Source: Nemertoderma westbladi
Taxonomy: Eukaryota; Animalia; Xenacoelomorpha
DNA: 64,000 bases
NCBI GenBank assembly: GCA_032718475.1
Contig: JAUCBJ010008093.1
Coordinates: 3,258 to 67,257, forward strand
Direction of reading: 5' to 3'
The position numbers were made by a program, and so were the translations under genes. Below the pieces are notes generated by a model that was not told the origin of the DNA, made no database searches, and saw only the letters and a program-made list of their open reading frames with translations. Below, piece by piece: positions 23,360-36,094 of this stretch (the stretch's first letter is position 1; each line of letters starts with the position of its first letter).

Positions 23360-23360
23360 T

Positions 23361-24546
23361 TGTAAAAGCTTTTGCGGAATTAGCTGGTTATTTTTCCCGC
23401 AAAGTACTCTGTAGGTGTTTTAACGGACATCAAAAGCCGTTTCCTTACTGTACCGGTGTTTTAGTGGACATAAAAAGCCATTTCTTCTGTATGTGTAATT
23501 TAGCGGACATAACTAGCAATTCTATGTCGCAATACGCTAAAATCCTCTTGAAGCAGTGTAGTTACTATGACGACAGCTAACAGCTGATCTGTACACGTGG
23601 AGCTTTTTCTTTGTTCTCTGTCGTTTCTTTGTTCGGTCGACCAATCAGAGCGTTTTTTGACTCTGTGTTGGAGGTTGTATACAGAAACTCATGAATTAAG
23701 TCAGTATGTGTATTTTGTCCACAGCCAGAAGACCGGCTTTGGAACCTCTGTGTTTTCAGGCTTTAGCCAAACATTAGTAGGCTTAATCATAGAAACGTAT
23801 ATCTGTTATCAATTCTTAACAAATCAATCATAACATAACTCACCTAATCATATTGTCAACTACAAACACCGCATTTTTACTGCTATTTACTGTCGGTCAT
23901 TAATTATATCGGTTGATGGAATATTATTATATTTGGATAATATCGATCAATAATCAGAAACCCCAATCTTCTTGATATACTGAAGGTTAGAGAGACCGGT
24001 TACATATAACAATTGCGACTTACATTAAAGTGGTTTTGGAGTGAATCTAATGCTATTTCATAGGCACTACATGAGTCGGTTGTTGTTCTCTTTATATGTG
24101 ACTAAAATTAGTGAAAGTCGGCAGATCGGTGTGCAGCATTGTGCAGTAGTGTGTATGATTGTGACTGATAACAAAGCATCTCCTAAGGAATGCGCTATAT
24201 ACGTGAATCCATAGCCATCCCGTTGTGTCTAGTTTAAGTCATAACTCTGTTTACATATTTAGAGCGCCACGTCCTAAAGGAACTGTTAATATTTCCAAAA
24301 AGTGAATAATATTTGTCAGAAATTATATATTACGATCAGTCGAATAATACAGTAGGCCTACACCGCAATAAGGTTAGGCTTCCGAATCCAGTCTCCCGGG
24401 TATATCCAGCGGGTGAATGGTCGCGCATAGACTGGCTTCGGCTAATGTAGTGTATCAAATACTCGTCATAGGCTAAAGTCGATTTATAATCTAGAAGACA
24501 TCCAAATTTGGCAGGTTAAACTGCTAAAGGTCTGAAAGCGCGAACA
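23361..24546 (+). repeat. 5' LTR of element A (minimum extent)
   Basis: Homologous in inverted orientation to 39262-40525. Both start TGTAAAAGCT and the match ends at GCGCG(A/T)ACA. Confidence 0.7.
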
Positions 24547-24825
24547 ATAACATATATTGCTTCTTTATTGCAACGTAGGCAATAAAGCTGAAGTACCGGT
24601 CAACCGGTACCCCATAGGCCTAACTACCTAACCACCCGAACCGGTACTTACAGCAGTACAGGTACAGCAGTATTATTTCGATTGTGATATTGTATACCGG
24701 TAGGCTGTTTAAGAGATTAGGGACTGTACACCCCTTGTTTCTTTTGGAGCTTACTTATTTCTGTCAGTTTTATTTACTTGTAGGTTAATATTGAGCAGAA
24801 GACGTGTAAGCCTGCCCAGATTGTA

Positions 24826-25407
24826 CAGATAATTTGTAGGCTGGACTGTTGTCTGACTGTTGTTGAGTCTGAGGAGATTGTAGTGTGTGTAGAGCGTATG
24901 TCCGAAAAAGTACTAGTTAGGAAAGTAGGGGCTTCCAGTGCTGTGAGGTAAACCCCCTCGAAAGAATAAGTCGTACTACTCGGTTAGAACGCATACTAAC
25001 TAACCATTTCGGAGTCTGCATATACTGTAGTTTGTTTAGGCTTGATAGTAGTCTGCCAGCGTTTTGTCTGTATTTTGTATGTGTAGTCTGTACGGGTAGC
25101 GTAATATTTCTTATTCAGATAATTTGTAGGCTGGATTGTTGTCTGGCTGTTGTTAGGTCTGAAGAGATTGCGGTGTGTGTAGAGTGTATGTCCGATAAAG
25201 TACTAGTTAGGAAAGTAGGGGCTTCCAGTGCTGTGAGGTAAACCCCCTCGAAAGAATAAGTGTACTACTCGGTTAGAACGCATACTAACTAACCATTTCG
25301 GAGTCTGCATATACTGTAGTTTGTTTAGGCTTGATAGTAGTCTACCAGCGTTTGGTCTGTATTTTGTTTGAGTAGACTGTACGCGTAGCGCAATATTTAT
25401 TATTCAG
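24826..25407 (+). repeat. Tandem duplication with 290-bp period in the leader of element A
   Basis: CAGATAATTTGTAGGCTGG begins at both 24826 and 25116. Confidence 0.9.
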
Positions 25408-28400
25408 AGTTTATGCGATTATTCGCAACATTCACAACCCCAAGTTTATTCCTACAGTAATTGTGCTTGTTATACATACCGTTATAGTTAAATTAACCCC
25501 GGTACTACATCAGGGCTGCTTGGCGTAGGTAAAGACTGGTGATTTTGTGCCCCGGTCACTCCAGCAGATACCGTGGTTCCTTTAGCTGTACAAGTATTTC
25601 TAACTACTGATTATTTGTTGTATAAGTACTTGTACCTAATTTAGGGTTTAGTGTACAATACTTTCCGAAGGTAATTAGTGTGTAGGCAGTATATTTGTGT
25701 TGTAAAGTGGTTAATAGGCACATTGGTTCTGGTAGACCGCGGTAATTAACTTCTAGGTAGGAACACTCCGTGATACATAACGTAGTACTTATAGCGATAC
25801 GGCTATAAGTCGTCAGACGGTGGTATTTTTCCTATCTGGACAACGCAGTATATTTACTACTACTTGTTATTTTCACAATACCGTAGTATCCTGTCCGTTG
25901 TAATAACCAGATATTCTAACCCTTTGTTAGGCTGGTTTGTAGACTTCTTGTAAAATTACCCTAAAAAATTCGTACGTGTAATTTTTGTGTTTATTTAGAG
26001 ATTGTAATCTCACCCCGAATTGTACGTAATTTGTAGTAATAAGTAACTTAGGTAAATTAGAATTATTTGTTTTAGTGTCCAACAAGTAGCACTTCACTCA
26101 GAGCGTACAGCTTCTGTGTAGTGACTCTTTCCCAGAAATAATAACATTTATTTCAAATATTGACAAAAACCCATTAAAACGGGTATATATATTATAAATC
26201 AACTCAAACCGATTTATATAATAGTAGGCCTGTCTTACAACAATTAGGTCTTAATGTCAGTTGGACTACTGCTTAAATAACGGTAATCAAGTAAAGTAAA
26301 GTAACCAAGTAACCCCTAAAATTCAGAAATTAAATTATTCTAAAATAATTGACATACCAGTATTTACAATAGGCTTATTATATTTATTTCTATAAATTTA
26401 GGCTGAAATTATACCGGTATTCTGTAATTAATTCTAGTCTGTAATTATACTTATATATATACTATAAGTTTAAGCTATATACCGGTATTCTGTAATTAAT
26501 TCTAGTCCATAATTATACTTATATATACTATAAGTGTAAGCTGTATACCGGTATTCACGATAGGCTTATTATATATTGCTATATATTTGCGCTGAAATTA
26601 CATACCGGTATTCTGTGACAAACCTAGTCTGTAATAATACTTATATATATACTATAAGTGTATACCGGTACTCTAATATATTATATATATATCACGTTAC
26701 ACTGAGTAACAATATCGGTAATTAATTACTAGGCTAACAGTTGATACTGAATTACTAGACTTGCTTTAACTGTAATACAGCAGTAGGCATCCAACTGTAC
26801 AAACAAACATGTCTGACACAAAACAAACACTGTCAGATAGTCTCTTAGAAAGTGTTAGAATGAGTATTAGACTTAGACAGCGTATTAAAAGGATCTGTGA
26901 CCAAGATCAAAGTATAGAACATCCCAGACCAAAGTCTAAGTCCCCTCCTACTGTGCGAAAGATCATCCCTCCAGTAGTAGTATCAGACCCTAGGCTAGTC
27001 CAACACCGTAGGTCTATCATAGGCACTCGGGCTCAAGTCAAGCGGGACCAAGAAGCAGCTGTTCAACAGCAGCAACACTCGAGCCAAGAACTTAGTTTCC
27101 AGCGGCCCGACAGCTCCAGTAGTGCTGATACTGTAGAGCTGACACCCAAGCGCGGAGCAAAGATGGCAGATGCGGTTTATTCGGATCCCCTTCTCATCCT
27201 TCCTGCAGCCGTACTCACTAGGGTATTGATTGCGGTGGAGGAACACCAAATTGATTGGGCGAGAAGTAAGCGATCGACCAAGGATAGTTATGCGGGATAC
27301 ACAAGGGAAGAACTGAAGTCTATTGTCAAGTCGCAATGGAACTTCCCCGGACCCGGACTCCCGTTTGACTTATCGGAAGCTGCCTGGGAAGACATACACA
27401 GGATGGGAGTGACAAAAGAAACATGCGATCCAGCTGTGTGGAAGAGGTCAGCAGCAGGATACGTACAGGGATTCTTCAGCTCTATGGAGCGATTAGAAGA
27501 ACAACTGTTTCGACAACCCCAAGGACCTCAAGAGCAGGGAGAGCTGCTTTATCAAGTTCGAGAAAGAACTCTACGAATCAGACTAATCCTATCGGCCTTT
27601 GAGGAAGCTTCGAAAAGAACTCAAGACACGTCGTTGCAAGTGGCCGTCAAGACTTGGTTCCAACGGGTGAGTCTCAAGGTTCAAGAAACGACCCAGAGGA
27701 AATCTCAGCCGGCTGAGCGCTCAACCCATGGAGAATCAACAGACGCTACCTTTTCCCAAGTGGAAAGTGAAGTGACAGCAGAAAAACCGCATAAGAGGGA
27801 TGCTATTGACATCTATCTGTCAGACTATCAACGATTTGTAGGTGACGAAGAGTTGAGGAGACGGCTGTCTGGACTTCGCCCTAATAGTGAAGGAGCCAAG
27901 CTTGTGTTGGACGCAATCGATGCGGATATGATAGCTGCGAACCAAGCTAAATTTGATGAAAGCAGCCGCATCACTAGGGTCCAAGAAGAACAAGTAAAGA
28001 AATGTATAGAAGACGTATAGAAGACAGAAAGACAGCAGCAGCGGCAATGGCAGCGGCAGAAGCGGAAAGAAAGGCGGCAGTGGCAGCGGCAGCGGCAGAA
28101 GCGGAAAGAAAGATCGCAGTGGCAGAAGCAGAACGGAGGGCATCTGAAGAGATCGCCCAACTAGAGTTGGAAAATATTCAAGAGAATCAAGACTGCATAA
28201 ATAAACAGTTAACAGCTAGTCAAATGCAGATGATGAGTCGATCTACTCCCACAAGACAGGGATATACATCATCTGAGGAAGGCGATACCACCGATCCTGA
28301 AGGTGGAGGAAATCGATCTCGTCTCAGCAGACGTAGAAGAATGTCCCACCGTCAGAAATTGCCTGATTTGCCCCCAGCTGTTCGAAAACAACTAGCTAGC

Positions 28401-30870
28401 ACAGACTTAGGTAGTACAGAACCCACAGACCAAATTAATAAAATAGACAGACTCCCTACTATAGTAGATGAGCCTGAAATAATTAGGCCTGTTCTCGAAG
28501 CCACCCCTTCGGTGATAGAGACACCTGTACTCCCAGAACCTACCTCTAAATTCCCTTTGCATAGCACTAAGCTACCTGTGCCCAGCAGAACAGCCCATGA
28601 GACAGTTCATGTCCTGGACTCCGAGCGAAATATTAATGATTTGTCGCCCGTTGTCCCTCGTCCGCCCGCTACAACGTTGGCGGCTCCCGCTTCGGCGGTC
28701 GAGTGGGCAGATGAGAGATGGCGGGTGATGGATCTCCTGCTCGGGCAGATGCAGGAGACTGTTAAGCAGTTCAAGGGCACAGTAAGGGATAGTAGGTTAG
28801 AGTTGCAAGAAGTGCAGCAAAGTATCGCGTTAGAACGCGATAAATTAGTAAATACACAAAAGGGTATACCACCACCCCCGGTAACAATGTGTCAACCTGT
28901 TAGGTCTGAAGTATCTCATGCGCAAGGTGTGGAGCCTACACGCATCTATACTGCTAGTGAAGTAGAAACTCCTATAGTGAACCCTATTAAGGGTAATTAT
29001 AAACCTGTTGACAATGATATTCCCTATAGACCTGATCATAATCCGAGAAATTTATATACCGATAACTCGATATTAAATAACACGATGGCCCAAGAAAGTT
29101 TTACGCGTCAAATGGCTAGAACCGAAGCCCGTCAAGCGGTAAAGGTGGGAGAGATAGTCAAGTTCAATGGAGATGAGATGAAATGGTTACCTTTTAATGA
29201 ATATTACAAAGATAACATACAGAACTCTGTGCTATCTAATGGAGAGAAACTTAGATTCCTCATTGAGTGCTTGGAAGGATCTCCCAAGTTAATGGCGTTA
29301 AAGTTTATTGGACATCCAGATGGATTAAGACAAGTTTGGGATACACTAAACCGGTATGGTAATAGGAATAACATAGCTAAATATTTGTATGCAAAATTAG
29401 TAGCGCCCCAAAAGTTCATTAGCAGCGGGATAATAGAGTTTTCCGATGAGATTCAAGAGATCTGTAGACAATTAGATTGCTTAGGTAAGTCTCATGAATA
29501 TCAGAGTTCTATGGTCATTGGAGCCGTGGCTTCTACTTTACCGAAGGGTGGAGTAGGTACACGCTGGGATAAAAAAGTGCTATATATGATGGAACAACAA
29601 CGACGAGACCCTACCATGGCTGATCTCATGTCATTCTTAGATGGAGAAGTGAAATTACAGCTCCTAAAACAGTCCAGAGAGAAGACACCGGAAAACAAGG
29701 TAAGTGAGAAACCCGTTTCTAGGAGAAAGGTAACACCAGTGTGTTATACAGACGACAGCGAAAGCCAGACTTCTCAAGGAGAAGATAGCGGGAAAGACAC
29801 TGAAAGATCTTATTAAGTCAATAAAATGCCTAAAGAACAGGTAAGTAAACTCAAGTCTCGAACCAATGACAGGAGAGAACAGGTAAGAAAAACTCCTCCT
29901 ACGTCTCCTAAGAGAATTCAGGTGAGAAAGCCCGAAGAAAGAACGAGTGTGCACAATGTTATTCAAAATAAGGTAAGTAACATCAAACCGAAATGTGCGC
30001 TATGTGATGGGACCCACCGTTTGAATATGTGTGATGAATTCCTGAAGAAATCATTAGCGGAGAGACGGGAAGTCATGTGGGATAAGCGGTTGTGTTATAA
30101 TTGCCTCAGACAAGGACACCAACGGCGAACCTGTTACTCAGACACAAGGTGTGCAAAGTGCGGTGCGAAACATCATATCTTGTTGCACACTGAATTTGAG
30201 CGAAACAGCCAGAGTCAGGTAAGTGATTCCGAACTACATGTCCAATTCAGTGATGTGAACGACACTGACCAAAGTTCTGAGATGGAAGGATTCTATACAG
30301 ATGAATTCTCCGACGAAGGTGAATCCTGTTACATGATAAATACCGCAGTGTATCGAGCACTTACGTATGAAAAAGACACAGACAGCGACCTCACCCTAAC
30401 CACTTCTGATCGACAACCATCTTGGAAAGCGCCACCTTCCAATGTAGGAATCCGAGAATTTCCTGTAGTACAGGTAAGGGTCCACGGACCTAAAAGGAGT
30501 TATGTAGTGAACGCCCTCCTTGACAGTAACAGAGAGTACAGGAACATTCATCGACAAAGAACTAGCCGAAGACATCTTTGCTGGACAACCCAAGTTCCGA
30601 ACTAAGCTAAACATGTCAGGAATTATGCAGGTTTGGAAATCTACAGTAATAGCGGATTATTATGTAGGTGCGTTGTCCACCCCCCAGGATGAACTAGGAG
30701 AACATAGTATAAGGTCAGTAAAAATGGTGGCGATAAAGAACTTCGCTACCACACAAGTGGAACCTTATAACTGGGATGAGGACGATTTCACCCAGCAGCT
30801 GGAAATACCTAGATTCAACACCGATTACCCTGGAGTACAAATACTCATCGGTCAAAACGCGCATGAAGCG

Positions 30871-31018
30871 AAGAAGTAATATTTACTGCACCCTCATGGT
30901 AACATGATAAACTGTAACAAACTGTAATGTTTACCACCATGTATGTATATAGCATAAAGTGATTTCCTCTCATGAGAGCCCATTGTTATAGATGTGTACA
31001 TACAGGTCCCATATAATT
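30871..31018. mobile_element. 148-bp insertion with 14-bp target-site duplication
   Basis: ACGCGCATGAAGCG at 30857-30870 and 31019-31032. Removing the insert restores ILIGQNAHEALETLEKRP. Confidence 0.8.
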
Positions 31019-32495
31019 ACGCGCATGAAGCGCTCGAGACATTGGAGAAACGGCCCGCTCAACCGCAACCACTACAAGCTTATGCGGGAAGAACTAGAGT
31101 GGGTTGGTACTTTACTGGCCCTTCCCGCAGAACTCTCATGGAAAGATTACCGAAAGACCAAGTATGTCAAGTGAGAGAATGGGAAATCGAGGGCAGTGAG
31201 TTAGATGATCTAACTGAGGGAACACCATACTCCTCAGATAATGACGATGTCCACCAACTTTTCGATGAGGAGAATACCATCGATCTCCTTAAGGAAAACG
31301 AGACTTGGCAAAACCAAGTGAACTTATGTCAGCTCCTTCTTCCATCAGAACGAGACGACTATAACGACGAACTTAATGACGTCATTGAACGATATAATGC
31401 CAAGACTCGGGATGAACATGCCGTACGATTCTTTACTCAAGAGGCTGTAGAGCCCAATTCCTACGATAAGGCCCTATCGGTAGAAGAAGAAAGAGCCAAG
31501 CAGATCGAAGAGACAACTACACGTTTTCTTAAAGATCAAGGTAGATATGAAATCGGTCTACCTTTCCGAAAGCGAGAACCAAAGTTCATAAACAACAGAC
31601 CCTTGGCGGAGAAAAGAATTGCTCAACTAATATCGACGTCTTACGGCAAATTCTTCAGCTAAAGAAATGTAGCAGACGCAGTTGAAGAAATTTATTAACA
31701 AAGGATATGCGGAGCGAGTACCGGAAGGAACACCTATAACTGAGAGAACGTATTATTTAACACATCATTACGTTCCCAAACCCGGTAAACCTCATGAGGT
31801 ACGAGTGGTGTTTGACGGCTCCGCCCTTTACATGGGCCAATCCCTTAATTCCGAGTTGTTACCAGGACCCAACTTACTCCAATCCTTGTTGGGAATACTC
31901 TTAAGATTACGACAATATTCAATCGCTTTCGCCTCCGATATAGAAGGCATGTTCTTACAAGTCAAGGCACTGGATAGGGATCGAGATAGCCTACGATTTC
32001 TGTGGTGGCCTGAAGGAGACCTCAACCAGAAACCGGTGGAATATTGGATGACCATCCAGGCTTTTGGGATAATCACGAGCCCTTCAAACGCCTGTTCAGT
32101 GGTGCGCACCACTGCTGATGACAACCGGGAAGCCTTCTCTAAAGAGGTGATCGACAACATCAAACGGGATATATACATGGACGACAATTTAAAGTCCCTT
32201 CCATCAGTCGAAGAAGCCATTGACGTCGCCAAAGGAACGGTAGAGTGCTTAAAAAGAGGTGGATTTCGATTAACTAAATTCACCAGCAACTCCCGTGAGT
32301 TTCTGGAATCGATCCCGGTAGAAGATCGAGGAGCGAAAGACCTAGACCTAATCAAAGATGATCTTCCAGAAACCAAGACACTTGGTTTGAAATGGGACAC
32401 AGAGAGAGATATCCTGTTTTTCCAGCTAAAACAGCGAGATAATCCAGTTCGGACTAAATGGATTTGTTTAAGTATCCTGAGCACTTATTTCGATC

Positions 32496-32736
32496 GGATG
32501 TAGGACAATTCGGTCCCGGACAATTCGGTCCCGGACAATTCGGTCCGGACAATTCGGTCCCGGACAATTCGGTCCCGGACAATTCGGTCCCAAAACACTA
32601 AATAAATGGGACCGAATTGTCCGGGACCGAATTGTCCTAGGACCGAATTGTCCTAGGACCGAATTGTCCGGGACCGAATTGTCCGGGACCGAATTGTCCG
32701 GGACCGAATTGTCCGGGACCGAATTGTCCTGCTTCC
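32496..32736. mobile_element. Fold-back MITE of GGACAATTCGGTCCC 15-mers with 9-bp TSD (Mutator-like)
   Basis: TSD ATTTCGATC at 32487-32495 and 32737-32745; inverted 15-mer arrays. Excision restores STYFDPLGF. Confidence 0.9.
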
Positions 32737-34528
32737 ATTTCGATCCATTGGGATTTATTAGCCCAGTTATATTGATTGCTCGGAGTTTAGTACAACAAAT
32801 GTGGCTTGAAAACCACTCATGGGACGATCCACTTAAGGGAGAATTATTAAAGAAGTGAATGAAATGGGAAGATTCTCTACCAGCCATCGAGAACTTTATA
32901 ATTTCCCGTTCATATTTTGGTCATGTTCTCCCTACGTATTCCTATCAACTCCATGTGTTTGGAGACGCCAGCGATATGGGAATAGGTATAGTAGCCTACC
33001 TAAGAGTGGAAACTCCGGATGGAATCAAAGTCGCCTTGGTTACCTCTAAGGCATTGATAAACAACAAGTTGAAATTCCTCGAGCGGAGTTAAAAGCGGCT
33101 CTATATGCTACAGCCATCGGCCGGAATGTAACAGAACAGATCGATTATCCGTTGGAGAAAACTGTCTATTGGACCGATGCTTTACTCGTGTTGGAGTATA
33201 TAACCAATGAAGTCTGTCAGTTCAGCGTCTTCGTTACCAACAGAGTAGCCATTATACTTAGTCGCACGAAGATGGATCAATGGAGACATTGCCCCGGAAC
33301 GATTAATCCAGCAGACATCGCCTCCAGGGGAGCAACTCCACAAGAACTGATAGATACTCCAGACTGGTTAGGTGGACCCGACTTCCTCTACAAAGAAGAA
33401 GAAGAATGGCCTCCTCATCTTACTACGGCAGAGATTAGACAGGCCAAGGGAGCGGAGAAAGTCAAACCTAAAACTCGGGCGAGTAAATCGAAGTTATTTA
33501 AACCTATGGTAGATCTGTCTGTACTACATACTTCCGGAGACGACGCTTTGGATCAGAAACCCACAGCCACAAATAAGTCTATAGTGGAAATCCGTGAGAA
33601 GGATTGGAAATCTGGAATACCAGACGTCTCGCAAGGACTCTCACCTCTCCTGCAGAGAGCGATACATCACTACAGTTCCTGGAATCGGCTCTGGAAGGCC
33701 GTTACATATTTAAGACGATGTTTTCATCATCACTACTCCGGGACGAAGACCAATAGTGATACTGCTCCACTGACATCTGTGCAGGTCCATGTTGTTAAAG
33801 ATCTTCCCAAATATAAGATATCCGACAGGTTTCTGAAGGAGAAGATCAGTTATCAGGAGCATGAAGAAACCAACAAGCAGATGTTGAGACTCCTGCAATG
33901 CTATGAGGATTCCGATAAGTATTTCCTGTTGTTGAGAAATCCACAGATGCGCTTAAGGGATCGTTTCTCTAGCACAATGATAGATGGGTTGATACGTGTT
34001 GGAGGAAGATTAACGAATGCTCCATTATCCTTTGACACTAAGTTTCCCATACTCATTAGAAATCTTGAAATACAAGTCAAGATGATGATTGTAGATGTTC
34101 ACAGCAAACTTTATCATGCTGGTAGAGAACGAGTTCTTAGCAAAATTCGAACTCGCTATTATTTTTATAAACCCCGTAGAGCTCTGAACCAAGTTCTTAG
34201 GAACTGCATACCCTGTAGGAAAGCATTCAGTAGGCCTTTAACACAGCGAGAGGCAGAATTACCTAGGGAACGAGAAAGCTTCTATGAACCACCCTTTACT
34301 AATACCGGTGTAGATTTATTTGGCCCTATTGAAGTATATCGTGCGAGGACTATAGTCAAGAGATGGTGTGTCATCTTTGTTTGTATGACTTGTAGAGCTA
34401 TCCATCTCGATATGGTGAACGATTTATCTACCAACAGCTTCCTATTAAGCTTACGACGACAGATCGCTCGCTTTGGAACTAGTAACACGATGAGATCTGA
34501 TAAGGGAACGAACTTCATTGGTGCCAAC

Positions 34529-36094
34529 TAGGGTTCAACAGAAGCCACTTTATGTGGCCGAACCGAACCGAACCGAAGCAGGGCCAACTTCGGGCCGAAC
34601 CGAACCGAATCCAAACCGAAGTTCAGAAAGTTAGCAAGTTATGGTCATAAATTCGTATTTACGTCACTATACTGGCTGACTGGCAGTGGCAGACTGGCAC
34701 CTATTTGGTCTGCGGACTTAGCGAGAAAGCTATGATTAATGAAAAAAATAAATACTACAAAATAAAAATGGCAATATTTACATTTCTGTACATTACTAAC
34801 CTAAACTACTGTATACTTACCGTACTGTATGCATGCACTTACTGTATGCACCACATTTTCACCCGTAGTAAGCCGTACAGTAGTGATATCAAATTTAGAA
34901 AACCTCACTAAAAGTACAGGTAGTCTTTGTAATACTATTTATATGAGGTAGTAGGTATATTTGGTATTATGTATCAAACAGTCAAAGTTATGATTAATTA
35001 AAAAATAGGGTACTACAAAGTAAAATGGCAATATTTAGCCTAACCTAAACTACTGTATAGGTAATTAAGCTAATTTTGAAACTACCCAAGTAATCTGGAA
35101 ACAATTAAAAAAATAATGCCATTTAAATGGAAGTTCAGTCCAAAATTAAGGGTGTAAACGTTAAGTAGACAGTGGTGCAGACACCTGGTGCGGCCAGTGG
35201 TGCAGACACTGGTGCAGACAGTGGTGCAGACACCAGGTGCAGACACGTGGTGTCAGACAGTGGTGCAGACACCTGGTGAAAATACTGAAATACCAGAGTA
35301 CCACAAAACATAATACCACCAGGCACTATTATATTACTGTATTATATTTTATCATAGACTTTATTATCATTTATTATCATAGCACATTAAGTTATTGTCT
35401 CATGCTGGGGATATACATTCACTAACTACAGTAAGGTCTCAGGAATTCTTAGCCCGCGAGTATTCTTAGCCTGCGAGTATTCTTGGCCCTTGGGTATTCT
35501 TAGCCCGCAAAACAATAACGTTTATTGTTTTGGTTCCCCCAATACTCCTCTGAAACCTGCTCCTTTACTAAACTGCTTCTTTACTAACCTGCTCGCCCCT
35601 TTACTGTCTGCACCAGTGTCTGCACCACTGCCTGCACCACTGTCTGCACCACTGTCTGCACCAGTGTCTGCACCACTGTCTGCACCAGGTGTCTGCACCA
35701 CATGTCTGCACCAGTGTCTGCACCACTGTCTGCACCAATGTCTGCACCACTGTCTGCACCAGTGCGTGCACCACTGTCTGCACCAGGTGTCTGCACCACT
35801 GTCTGCACCAGGTATCTGCACCACTGTCTGCATCACTGTCTGCACCACTGTCTGCTCTGCACCAGTGTCTGCTTAACGTTTACACTCCAAAATTAATTAG
35901 TACAATGATGGACAGATTGATTAGTCTTACTGTCTTCTGGTCTTAGCTCAATCAGTCAATGTAGCCTAATACTTGGAATATTTAGCAAAGTTTGCTCCGG
36001 GCTTCTGCAGTATCAATTGCAGAAGCCGAACCGAACCGAAATTTCCAAACTTCGGCCCGAACCGAACCGAAGCCGAAGCTTCTGTTGAGCCCTA
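34529..36094. mobile_element. Non-autonomous hAT-like element with 8-bp TSD
   Basis: TSD GTGCCAAC on both sides, TIR TAGGG(T/C)TCAACAGAAGC, subterminal (CCGAA)n. Excision restores GTNFIGANNEI. Confidence 0.9.
35150..35887. mobile_element. Nested MITE with 9-bp TSD and inverted 12-mer arrays (Mutator-like)
   Basis: TSD CAAAATTAA, TIR G(G/A)GTGTAAACGTTAAG, and (TGTCTGCACCAC)n arrays in opposite orientations. Confidence 0.85.

Larger units (their letters stand above)
20087..23360 (-). mobile_element. BEL/Pao-derived non-autonomous LTR element C (gag-protease only), interrupted at 23360 by element A
   Basis: A PPT GGGGGGGGGAG (20666-20675, minus strand) abuts an LTR bounded by TGTGA...TCACA. 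The ORF carries Zn knuckles and protease. No RT, RNase H or integrase motifs lie between the ORF and the LTR. Confidence 0.8.

Noticed and set aside
23361-24546. Solo LTR
   Set aside because: The flanks (GATCT vs ATAAC) do not form a TSD, and element C does not resume afterwards.
32496-32736. Regular short repeats (also 21223-21395 and 35150-35887) as CRISPR arrays
   Set aside because: No unique spacers, no cas genes, a eukaryotic context, and the repeats are explained by MITE or UTR tandem repeats.
35490-35946. Cys/His-rich or SAP-repeat ORFs
   Set aside because: Translations of the 12-mer array within a MITE.
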